Source: Callorhinchus milii (Eukaryota). Taken from it: a DNA stretch of 64,000 bases. How positions within the stretch are numbered: position 1 is the first letter of the stretch; each line of letters opens with the position of its first letter. Of the stretch, positions 11,293-22,560 are shown in pieces. The notes under the pieces are model-generated. The model saw only the letters and a list, made by a program, of their open reading frames with translations. It did not search any database and was not told where the DNA came from. The stretch is from assembly GCF_018977255.1 (NCBI RefSeq), contig NW_024704743.1:8806001-8870000 (forward strand). Direction: 5' to 3'. Both the position numbers and the translations under genes were made by a program.

Positions 11293-13549
11293 CTACAAAG
11301 GAGGAATAACATAAGAAATCAGGTGAAGACACTCAGATGGCAACTCGATGATACTAGGCCTGAGTTGACTGACTCTGCTGTTCGTTCACCTCTGAGCTCC
11401 CGGGTTCCAACCAGACTGAGCCTCATGAAAGGGGACAAAAGTTTCCCTGCCAGTAAATGCTGTTAGAGAAACACCATTGTGGCTTCCAATCTCATGCTCC
11501 TTTGAGCAGTGGCCTGTTCTCAGACATGGGAACCTTAGTTGAATTTACCAGGAGCATTGAGACAAGCTGTAGCAAACCTACCTATTGCACTTGCTGAAAC
11601 TTGCCAGCTCACCACATCAAACCAACCACAATACGATACAAATTTACATTTATCCACGTCATTACGGAGTTATCAGGAAGTTCCATGTAGTGATTTCCCA
11701 GTTACAAAATGAGTTTAATATTCTGAAGTGTCTTGCTATGTGGAGGTAAATCTGAATTGTAAACACAACAGTTACGTAAAAACATTATGTTACAATAACC
11801 TGAGGAACCTTAATAATAATCTTTGCATTTAATATAGTGCCTTATCATGTTGTTGAGATGTCTTAAAGCACTTCACAGAATATATTTTGTGGGCGATCCT
11901 TATATCAGGCACTTGAAATTTCCTATGTTCCTAAGTTTAAGAACAATACTGTCTATGAATTTAAGATGGTGCAGAATTTTGGAAAAGTCTTAAAAAGCCT
12001 TAGAATAAATAATAATAATCCTTGTATTTGAAGTAGCACCTTTCAAGTCAGAAAACTGTTTCAAAGCACTTTGGAGGATTTACTGTAACGTGGAATGACT
12101 ATGTATTTTGTCAGCCTTAATTTGGAGAAGTTTTTTGGGAGCTGCAGAAAATCAGTTTCTAAATTAAGTTTAGATTTAAAGATTGTTTTACAGAATTGCA
12201 CCATGGTCTTACATTTTAAGACATTGGTCTTAAACTGAAGATGGTGAGAAATGTCTGAGCCCAGGTAGCATAATAACAGGGTGTAATTGGAAACAAAGTA
12301 GACACATCAGATTGGAGCATAGGAACGAACATACAGGGATTGATAAAAAAATGCACTCTATCTTGTTCAATTTGATCAACGTGGGCAAACAATTTCAACT
12401 TCAGACCAAGCTACCAGCTATTAAGTGCAGCTTTGTGGAGCTTCATACAAAAACTGAGATTTTAGCGTCTTAGGCTGTGAACGAGAACGGTATGGGTTAA
12501 ACTACAACAAAGCTACATTTTGATGTGGTAAAGAGTACTTGTCCTGCTAACAGTGATGTTAATCCAGACTGTCCTGCTATCCAGAAAATCAATGATACTA
12601 CAAAAACCAAGACTTGCACACTGCACCAGTATCGCCAGTATCGTGGCGGCTTCAGGCACCTTTCACATAGAATGACTGTTCTAAAGCACTTTGTGAAGAC
12701 GATGGGGATCACCAGGCAGAGAGGAGACAACCGGAAATTGAGAATACAAGGAATGGTTTATAGTCTGCTAGGTAAATCCTTCTCTCATCTCTGAAAACCA
12801 GCCTGTCACTCCTCGTCACTAGCTTTCTTGTCTTTACTTAGAGAAGGGAGATTCTCACTTATTTGTGCCATAAATCCCCCGAATATAATTAGGCAGTTAT
12901 GGCTGTTTGTGAGACATTGCTGTTCCTCCTAAGCTCCAAATATACCGTCTTACACTGTATTCCTTCTCCATACAACCACAGAAATTGACAACACAGAAGG
13001 AAATTTGGTCCATTGTGATGACTCCTTGACAAAGCAAACCATTCAATTTCATTTTCCTGCCTTTTCCCCATAGCTCTGCAAAATTACTCCTTTTCGGTTA
13101 GGTCTCAATGACGTGATAAAGTGTTATATCAAATGCAAGGATTCTTCTTATTATCTATCTAGTTCCTTTTTGAAAGCTAATCTGCCTCAACTACCGCACC
13201 CAGGAGAGCAATCCACATCCTGAAAACTGTCAGTTCAAAAAGAATCCTCCTAATTTCTCCCTATGCTGCTTTATTATTAGCTTAAATTGAGGCCCTCTAG
13301 TCAATGATCATCTGTTAAACTCATTCTTTCGCAGGACCTCACACCTGTTGATCACCCTCACTCGTGCCTGTACAACACAAGGTTACTTGGATGATACTAG
13401 AGATGAGAGGTTATAATTATGTGAAGACACCTAAAAAGTTGAGATAGCTTTTACTGAAATGGTTAACAGTGGATCAAACAAAGCTTTCAAAATTATGGAT
13501 AATTTTGATGGAGTGAGTAGAGAAAAATATTTCACTCTCCAATGATAAT

Positions 13550-13858
13550 AATATTAATAAGCCTTGCATTTGACATAGCACTTTGCACGTCTTCTAGATG
13601 TCTCAAAGCGCTTCACAGAATATACTGTAAAGTGAATTGACTGTATATTTGTGGGTGAAACGCAGCAGCCAATTGCACACAACTGTGTCCCACAAACAGT
13701 CGTGGATTGAAGTGACCAATTTTTTTTTGTTTGTTTCTTGGGGGATTATTATCAGGTGTGTGGAGTAAGGAAACTTGCCCAAGGTTTCGACCTGCCGGGA
13801 ATTGAACTATGTTCTCACTTGCGAGGCAAGTGCTCTAACCACTGAGCTACAGGACTTC
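13550..13858 (-). mobile_element. tRNA-derived SINE, full length
   Basis: Reverse-complement head CTAACCACTGAGCTACAGGACT, body and tail as in the other copies. Confidence 0.88.
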
Positions 13859-14585
13859 AATATACGCATAAATTGAGCATTTACTAGCAAAACAAAAAGT
13901 AGATTTTTAGAAGAGGGTTGGTTAGAATATGGAATGATTTATCATAAATGTCTGTTGAAGATAAGTCCATAAAAAAAATCTAAAAGGGAAATTAGGTGTC
14001 AGCCTAGCTCAGTTAGGATTCTGTGTTGGGAGACTTTGAGCTCACTGTATAGGCTAGTATAGTGCAGAATTGGGAGAGTGCTGAGTTGCTGGAGATGCTG
14101 TCCTTTGGATAAGATGTGAAACCAAGGTCCTATCTGCCTCTTCGCCAACAAATTCAGTCACTACATATCACAGTGCAGTATTAACTGTGTGTTTTGGTGT
14201 GATAAGGCTATATCAAATGCAAGGAACTCCATCCTGTGACTCCATCCTTGACTCCCTCCTACTCACTTCCTCCTTTCCTTCCCTCATTCGGAGCCAGACC
14301 CAAGAGTACCTCTCTAATTTGGTTGTCCCCTCTGCCCCCCCACCCATCGGCTCCCACCCTCTCCCTACCCTCGGCTTCCACCCTCAGCTCGGGTGCCCAG
14401 TCAACAGTGTCAAATGCTTTGAATGTCATTGCATTGTATTCAGCTGAGTTGGTCAATGGAAAAAAAGGTATTAATATTACTTTTTTTGTGTTTTCACTCT
14501 TCAGAGTGACACTGCAGTTCCTGATAAAGGAAAATGATGATTAAATGGTTAACTACAATTAGCTAAATGAAGATGTAAAGGTAAG

Positions 14586-14591
14586 TTTATT
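14586..14591 (-). terminator. Candidate intronic polyadenylation signal AATAAA in intron 11
   Basis: TTTATT on the plus strand, ~115 nt after the read-through stop codon and followed by U-rich sequence on the minus strand. Confidence 0.35.
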
Positions 14592-14712
14592 AGTCAGGTG
14601 AAAAATGGGGGGTGGAGATGTTATCTGCTTTATAGATTTTGCCCTTGAATCGTTGGCAAACATGCGGATGTTGAAGGTTAGAGAAATTAGGTTACGAGGA
14701 TGGTTTATGCAC

Positions 14713-14805
14713 CTGTAAATTCGAAGCCATCACCTGTTCCACTGTGGCAGTTTCCAAGATCCTCATCGCATTCATCTGAGTCTAAGGTTGGCGGGAACGT
14801 CGGCA
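14713..14805 (-). CDS. NRP1: NRP1 exon 11 (b2-c linker), 93 nt; alternative donor at 14734 would give 72 nt
   Basis: Acceptor tcttccaattacag, donor gtgcat. Encodes VPTFPPTLDSDECDEDLGNCHSGTGDGFEFT, compared with human DECDDDQANCHSGTGDDFQLT. Confidence 0.92.
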
Positions 14806-16592
14806 CTGTAATTGGAAGATTCACGCGTCAAGAATTTGCAGCATCTAAAATGTCCTTATACCCATTAATCAAACCCCCTACAGAAAACACACCACTGATT
14901 AGTAATCTAAAGACATTCTCCATCAAACCAACCAGAACTGCTGTTACTCCTAAGCAATGGGAGATCTGCTTCCAGAGGATTTTTAATCATGAGTTCAATA
15001 AAGGTTGGTATTCAAGCTGAACTTAGCCTTTGAGTAAATAACCTGCACACACAATCTCTCTTTCAAATTCTAAAAGCCATTAAGGTTGAGACGCTAGTTA
15101 CTCCCTGTATGTAAAGGTCTTATGGTTTCAACAGTTAGCAGCACAAAATAATACTGAAGAACATTTCACACTTGAGAACCTGCATTGTTTAGAATTGTAT
15201 TAGTATAAAGCAGTTTATCTTAGCAGTCGGTGCTGATTGTTAAATGGTATCTGCAGCCTGAAAGCAAAAAAGCACACTGGTATTGTTTACTGATGCAACA
15301 AACTCTGTGGCGAGGATTACTACCTTTTCAACGGTGGTCACCTCCCTCCTTTCATTTCCCCCTCAACTCCTGCCCACCCCCGAGCTTAGTGTCAAGTATT
15401 CAGCGTAAAGCACTCTGAGATGTTAATCCAAGGTGCCATATTAATGGAAGTTTTTTGTTGTTGTAGTAATGGGGCCAGAATGCGATATAAGCAAGTCAGA
15501 ACTCACCGTGCTCAACGTGAGACTTCTGTGTGCCCCTGAAGTTATTGCATGATTCACCAGCGCATTCACTCATAATAATAATCCTTGACTTGTATATCTG
15601 GCATTTATAATATCAAAACTTTGCAAAGCGCTTCTGAGTTTTCTGAAAGTGTGGCGATTGTGTATTTGTGGGTGAACTTTTAAGAAGGTTTTTCTAATTA
15701 CTGGTATTAATTTACTTAGGTTGAGCTGCACTGCTAGTCACATTACTGTCCCCAGTGAAACACTGCAACTATTTCACACAGGTAAGTGTCAAGATAATAA
15801 AACTAATAATAACCCTTACATTGGATATAGCACCTTTCACATTGGGAGGTTGTCTCAAAAGAGCTTCAAGGAATTTTACTGCAAAGTTTAGTCACTGTAT
15901 CTTGTGGGTGAATATGGCAACTAATTTGTTCACAGCATTATCCCACAAACAGCCTCAAATTTTATTTAGGGGATTGTTGGCCAGGTTTGCATTACAGATA
16001 TTCAAACAATACTGGCCCTGCACTGTCCAGTAAGCAGCAAGACAATAGGAATAAACCCTGATCCCAGGTGGATTTCAACAATAGAAACCATTGGTAAATT
16101 GCTTGTGATTTAACCACAAACTCTACATCTGCAGTAATTGTGTACTGCTAAAAATAAATGTGCTCCACTTGTCAGAGTAAATGCCATGGAAAAAGGCATG
16201 CTCCTGAACTACTATACATCCGCATTAACAATACTTTCAAATCAAAAGCTACCGCATGCTGAAAATTGTGAGATGTGATATGATGTTTAGCACATGTCTC
16301 ATGTATCATAGCTGAGGCCAGTCGATATTTAACAAACCAACGTTGGGACATTGAACTCGCAGCCTAGGCTGACACTCCAATACAGAGCTGGGGCTCAGAG
16401 CTCTGCAATGATGGAAGTGCCGTCCTTTGGATGATACGTTAAACCAAGGCCAGCAAAGCAATTTACAGTAAATCCTGTGAAGCTCTTTATATCAATATGC
16501 ATTTGATATAAAGGCATTATATCAAATGCAAGGATAATTATTATTATTACAGAGTGACAAATAAGCCTCTGAGTGTGTGAAAGTTTATGTAC

Positions 16593-16737
16593 CTTCAATA
16601 TCACAGCCAAGCAGCTCCATGCGCAGTCCCAGTCCAGCTGGCGATGCTCGCTCAGGGTAGACACGAATGTATCTTGTTAACATCGGCTCGAATTTCCGAA
16701 TTTCAGGCGTATCATAATTGCTATTTCCTTCGAATGT
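16593..16737 (-). CDS. NRP1: NRP1 exon 10 (end of b2 domain), 145 nt
   Basis: Translated by hand. Acceptor gctgtctag, donor gtacat. Encodes TFEGNSNYDTPEIRKFEPMLTRYIRVYPERASPAGLGLRMELLGCDIE. Confidence 0.96.
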
Positions 16738-18779
16738 CTAGACAGCATGAAAAAGAACAGCAGATATGGGTTGAAGCCATTAATAAAAGCGATGTACGGC
16801 AGACAGATGCCACTGGTCTCTGTATTTCCAATGGTAATTTAGTTATTCGTTTGTTATATTTTAAAAGTTAGGAAAACTTAACCTCAAACTTCAAAATGTA
16901 GAGGGTTTGAGGTCTATCTCTGGAGAAATTAAAGCCTTGTGGGGGCACCTGGATTATGGAACTACACAAGTAAATACAATTGGACACAGGATTTTTGTTT
17001 CCACCACCAAATTGTATTAAGAATAGAAAGAGAAATGAGAGCCAAACTATTGGCACAGGGTGGGAAAGCTGGGGTCCCTGATAGCTTTGCTGGTCGTGTG
17101 GATCCGAATCCTACAGACCAGAAATTTCACAGATTCAATCTTCCCGTGATTCCTGAGCCAGTTGATTTTGGATACCTTAGAAGCACAGAAATCTACAACA
17201 CAATCGGGGATCATTTGAATGACTGTATTCGTGACAGATATTTTAGAGGACAAAATAGCCAGGGTTTCCATTCCTGTTTACTATCCACTGGAATAGTTTT
17301 CACTGGAAAACACATGTATCAGTGATAAAATTATTGGGCTTCGTTGCAGTCCTCCTCCCCTCGTGGTTGTATGGGGTGCTGATCCACAGTGTCTGGGCTC
17401 ACACATGAGGATTGCCCACTTTGTTACCATCCTTCAGATGAGACATTAAACCAAAGTCCTGCCTGCCTGTTCAGGTGTATGTTACCTTTCTTTTCGACTG
17501 CACCTTTGGTCACCTTCACCCCCCTCCCCGTGGCTCGATCCCAGGATCCGAAACTGTAAAGCGCTCTGAGATGCCGTCCGGGTGGAGGGTGCTATATAAA
17601 TCCAAGTTGTTGTTGTTAAAGATCCCATTGAATCATTTGAAAAGGAAGGGAGTTTCTCACCAATGTCCTGGCCAACAATCCTCCAGATAAATTTGGTCAT
17701 CCACTTCATGGATGTGTGACACTACCCTGCATGAGCGGCACTATATAAATGCAAGTTGTTGTAGTTTATTTGTCGGACTTTGCTGTGCGCAAATTGGCTG
17801 CCACATTTCCCTACAAAATGCACAGTGACTATACCTCACAGTAAAATCCTGTGAAGTGCTTTGAGATGTGATAAGGTGCTATATCAAATGCAATGATTAT
17901 TATCTTTGACTGGGATGTCACCAGGAGCAAAACCCCCTCAAAGTAATAATAGTCACATCACCCAGAAGCCTTCACCCTAATTTTCTGTGAACATTCGCTG
18001 TGATTTAATTAACTAGCACAGAAAGTAAACAGAGTCTAAAAGTAGCTCAATTTCACTCTCATGTCAGCCACTGATCAAATCAGGTACTGCTTATATTTCC
18101 CCAGTGAGGAGCAAATGTTTGGAATGGTTTTAGAGAAATGTGCTATTGAAAACTGTGGGATTTTGTTTGCATCCATGTTTTGTGTACTGGATTCAATCTT
18201 TGTGTTATTTTCTCTCAGCGATTCATGCAAACAGTCAGCACGAGGAATCGATGATGATCTGTTGATCAACTCATTCAACCAAAACTGGGTGAGTGTCCAT
18301 TTTAGAATGGTGATGATAGTTAGAGAGATAGCTTACAGACTGAGATAAGCAAATACCCTCAGCACCGTTATATCGCTGAGGGTCAATAAAATCCCAACCT
18401 GCCTTATAACATGGCTGGTTTCACTGCGCAAGGAGCAGCCAACAGGCTTCATGTGCACGTCTTGTGTGCAAGAAGTGATGTTGCTAGCCTCCTGATGACC
18501 TGGAAGTTGACCGTTTTTAGCATTTTTGCTGCTTGTTTTGCTATATCTTTATAATGCGAAGATGGGTTTTATTCCGCTCCTCTTCTGTTTGTCTCAATTT
18601 ACAGAAAATTCGTTACTCTCTGGCATCTCATCCGAGTGACCATTATCCAACTCGACAGTGAGTGAGCGCTGCCCCTGACCTGGCAGGACTCAAATGCAAA
18701 GGCTGAAAGTTTTTCAGTGCAGTGATATTTGGCAATACGCTACCGTATGCATTTAATATGCAGCCTCATGTCCGCTCAC

Positions 18780-19111
18780 CTTTGGTTTCATGCTGCCAGG
18801 ATTTGAGACCATCTTCCAGTCAGATCCGTTTGTGCTGTAGGCAAGCTTGAACTTTCGCATGTACACCTTGTTTTCCCTCTGCTTTGCCCCCTGAATGATA
18901 AGGCTTCGCACCTCCTTCTCCACTCCCAGATCGATCTGCAGCCACTCGTTATTATAAGGCCGACTGGCTGATTGCAATGCCCAGCCCGATCGACTGGTGA
19001 GTAGCCGAGCATGTTCAGGGGCCCAGTAACGGTCCACAGTGGATGAAGCAGTGACCTGATTATCAGAGATAAGGCCAGATACCATTCCTAGCATTCCAGA
19101 GCAGGGGCGAT
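18780..19111 (-). CDS. NRP1: NRP1 exon 9 (b2 domain), 332 nt
   Basis: Acceptor gttgcacag, donor gtgagc. Encodes DRPCSGMLGMVSGLISDNQVTASSTVDRYWAPEHARLLTSRSGW...NEWLQIDLG...RENKVYMRKFKLAYSTNGSDWKMVSNPGSMKPK (ORF 18753..19256). Confidence 0.97.
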
Positions 19112-19959
19112 CTGTGCAACATAGTGAATGATGGTTAAACAGCAATAAAATAATATTTCTTGGAAGAGATAAATAAAACGGGCTACACAATGCATCACTG
19201 CTGATACACTGACAGGCTGGTGTCGAAGAGAAATCGAGATAATGAACAGGTTTCAATTAAAGCACAGCACAGCTGATAAAACCATTGTAAGACAGTGATT
19301 GTGTACTTTGTGGGTATATAGAATACAATGCACTATGAAACTAATTACTGCGAAGCGTTTGGAGGCATTTTTATAGCCTCTGGAAAATTGAAATGTCTCA
19401 AAACACTTCACAGTAATTAATTTCACGATGCATTCTATTCTATAAACCTACAAAGGACACAGTCACTACAATCTACAGCAAATTCTGTGATTCACTTTGA
19501 GACATCTTGACAAGGTGATAAGCCCTTAAATGTAAGGATTATTATTAGAATTATTATTGTAGACAAACATGCCATCATTTTGGTACACAGTACAATCAGT
19601 ATGAAGTGAATGCTCAATTTTATTCAGAGGATTGTTGGCCAGGTCAGTGAAAGAAGCCCTCTTCTCTTTTTGAATAGTGCCAGGAATCTTTAATAACGTC
19701 CACATGAAGAACAGACAGACAGGAACAACATCTTGTCTAAAGGACTCTACCTCCAACAATATAGTGCTTCCCCACAAACTGCAATGGATTGTCAGCCTAC
19801 ACTATAAGCTCAAGACATAGCTAATTCCAGGAACTGACGCATGTTATTGAAGACCAAACCATGCAATGTAAACTTTGCCTTTAAAGGTAATGATCTGATT
19901 TGTTATGTTAAGTAAATCCTGCTACTTTAAACTTTATTTCCTTTGCAGTTTTGGTTGAC

Positions 19960-20410
19960 TACATCGACTGACTCGGTTGGTAGCACTCTCACCTCTGAGT
20001 TAGAAGATTGTGGGTTCAAGCCCCATGTCGGGACTTTGAACTCTTACAGTTTAGACTGATACTCCAATGCCGTGCTGGAGGAGCACTGCATTGTTGGACA
20101 TGTCATCCTTTGGTCTGGAAAGGACAGCACCTCCGACAATGCAGCGCTTTGTCTGCCTGTTCAAATTAATGTTGAAAGTCACATGAAAAGAGAAGCGAGT
20201 TTCTCCTGGTGTCCTGGCCAACAATCCCCCAAATAAAATTGGTCATTAACTTCATGGCTGTTTGTGGCACATTGCTGTGTGCAATAGTGACTCGGCATTC
20301 ACCTACAAATACACAATTAATTATGTTTTACAGTAAATACTGTGAAAAGTTTTGAGACATCCTCCTGATACGAGAAGCGCTATATCATATGAAAGGATTA
20401 TTTTTTATCA
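19960..20410 (+). mobile_element. Deu-domain SINE (SacSINE1/AmnSINE1-like)
   Basis: tRNA-like head TTGGTAGCACTCTCACCTCTGAGT..GGGTTCAAGCCCC, Deu-like body GTCCTGGCCAACAATCCCC..TTTGTGG..CATTGCTGTG and an L2-type tail. Family name from recalled similarity. Confidence 0.75.
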
Positions 20411-21074
20411 TTTTTTAATTCCTTGCCCTCAATAACAATTTAACATTACATTTCTGTAATCCTGACTGGTGACTGACATTTTCTTAAATCCCCAAATGCC
20501 GTCATTTGCCATCTCAACAACTGTCAACGTTTCATTATAACAGGAGTCACATTGTATCAGGAGCTGTCATAACTGACTGAAATGTCACCGTGAATTTCCA
20601 ATATGAAGCGTATCTCATTATGAATTAATCCTAACTGTGATTTAATGTGATATGTATTGAAAAACACAGACAACATTAAATAATGTACTGTTATACTGAG
20701 TGGCTGAGGACTCAATTTATCTTGTCCCGAACAGCACTACTGAAGGTCACTTGCTAATTGTAAAAAGACTTTATGTTGTAGTTTCTCTGTATTGATGTGA
20801 ATGGAGATTGCGATGGTTGTGTGGTGGTGGGGGGTGGGGGGTGGGGGGGGGGGGGTTGTGTGTGCTTTGTGTACTGCTATGTTTAGACTGCTTGAAACAC
20901 TGTGAAACAGGAGTCTGTTTAATGTTTCTAAGTTACATCGGTTACTTTAAGTTACTCTAAGTTAAACAAACGCTGGTATTGTGCAGCACTAATAGATACA
21001 GAACAATTACAGAAAAATACAGAGTGTGTAAGCTTTCTTTAACATTTGTCTTTCGCAGACTTATTATTCCTTAC

Positions 21075-21219
21075 CTGTGAATTTGCAACCATACAGCTCA
21101 AAGCGCAGTGCCACACCAGTCTCCCAGGTCAGTGGTCTGACCCGGACGTATCGTGTCAAAACCGTTTGAGGAAACTGTCTTACAACTGCTTCGGAGGGAT
21201 TGCTGTTACCTTGAAATAT
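21075..21219 (-). CDS. NRP1: NRP1 exon 8 (end of b1 domain), 145 nt
   Basis: Not in the ORF track; translated by hand. Acceptor tgtctgcag, donor gtaagg. Encodes IFQGNSNPSEAVVRQFPQTVLTRYVRVRPLTWETGVALRFELYGCKFT. Confidence 0.96.
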
Positions 21220-22217
21220 CTGCAGACATTAAAGAGTAGAATCAGTTTAACCACAACTATAATAACACAATAGAATGTACTTTTTCCTTCCACATTTGTC
21301 AAACACAACTGTTTGTGGGACATTGATGTGAGCAATTGGCTGCCATGTTTTGCTTACAAAATACACTGTCATTCACTTCACAATATATTCTGTGGAGTGC
21401 TTTGAGACGTCTCAACAACGTGATATGGTGCTTTATGAAACGCAAGGATTATTATTATTATTGTCCCTATTTCTGCTGTATTCTGAAGGAGTAGGTAATG
21501 ATATTGGCACTAGCAATATTTTAGCACTTCACTTAACTAGGCCCAGACATCAGAGTTAATATTTCAGCATTCCCAAACACATTGTGGGAAGCAAATTCCA
21601 CTAAGGTCTAAATTTAAATTTACTCTACATTTCAGTGCATCAAGAACTTGGTACGTGAAAGGCGCTATAGAAATATAATGTTGTTGAATATAAGTTCTTA
21701 TATTCTTATATAAGAATATAAGTTCTCATGTGCACTCTTAAAGCTGCTTTTCTGTCAAGTTATTTTCAGGAATGTAGAAAACAGACTTCAAAAGGTTAAT
21801 TAAGGCTGAATTCAGCAACTTGATAAATTCTGGAGGTTCTGAAATGCTGAGAAAAAAAGAGTTGATATGGACCCAGGTAGAATTTCACTCCTTGCGTTCC
21901 TTATTTAAGGAATACGATTAATACATGTTTAACCATAGAACCATTGAAAGTTATGGGCCAGAAGAAGGTCTGTCTGTCTGTCTGTGTCGCTCCCTCAAGA
22001 GCAATATTTTCAGTCCCATTTACCTGTCTTTTCCCCATACCCTTTAGCTGACTATTTTAAGGTATTTGTTTAGTTCCCTCTTGATTGCTGAACCCCTTAA
22101 GACAATCTACTGAATATCAACAGCAATAATAGCAATAATAGAAATACCACCCCCTCCTCCAAACTTCTGAACAACCTTAAAATCCAAAGCTGCCTGAAAA
22201 TGATCTCATCAAAACGT

Positions 22218-22560
22218 CTCAACAACAACAACAACTTGGATTTATATACGCCCTCCATGCTGGATGGCGTCTCGAAGCGCTTCACAGTAATGGATCCCGT
22301 CTCAGTGCGCTTTACACAAATAACAACAACTTGCAGGTAGCGTCCCAGAGCGCTTGACAGTGGCAGAGCATGAGGCTGAGCCGGGGGGTGGGATCGAAGA
22401 GGAGGGTCTTCAGGCGCAACCTGAAAATGGCGAAGGAAGGGGCAAGGTGGAGATATAGAGGAAGAGTGTTCCAGAGTTTTGGGGCATAGTGGGGCCACCA
22501 ATGATGAAACAGAGGGCACAAAGGACAAGTAGGAGGCCGGAGCCAGTCAAGTGGAGGATG
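22218..22560 (-). mobile_element. L2 3' fragment(s)
   Basis: Peptide PKLWNTLP..FRLRLKTLLFD and L2-type tails ending in (TTG)n. Confidence 0.75.

Noticed and set aside
16939..17325. 128-aa plus-strand ORF as an antisense or nested gene
   Set aside because: GTG start, no recognisable domain and no supporting exon structure; the length is compatible with chance.
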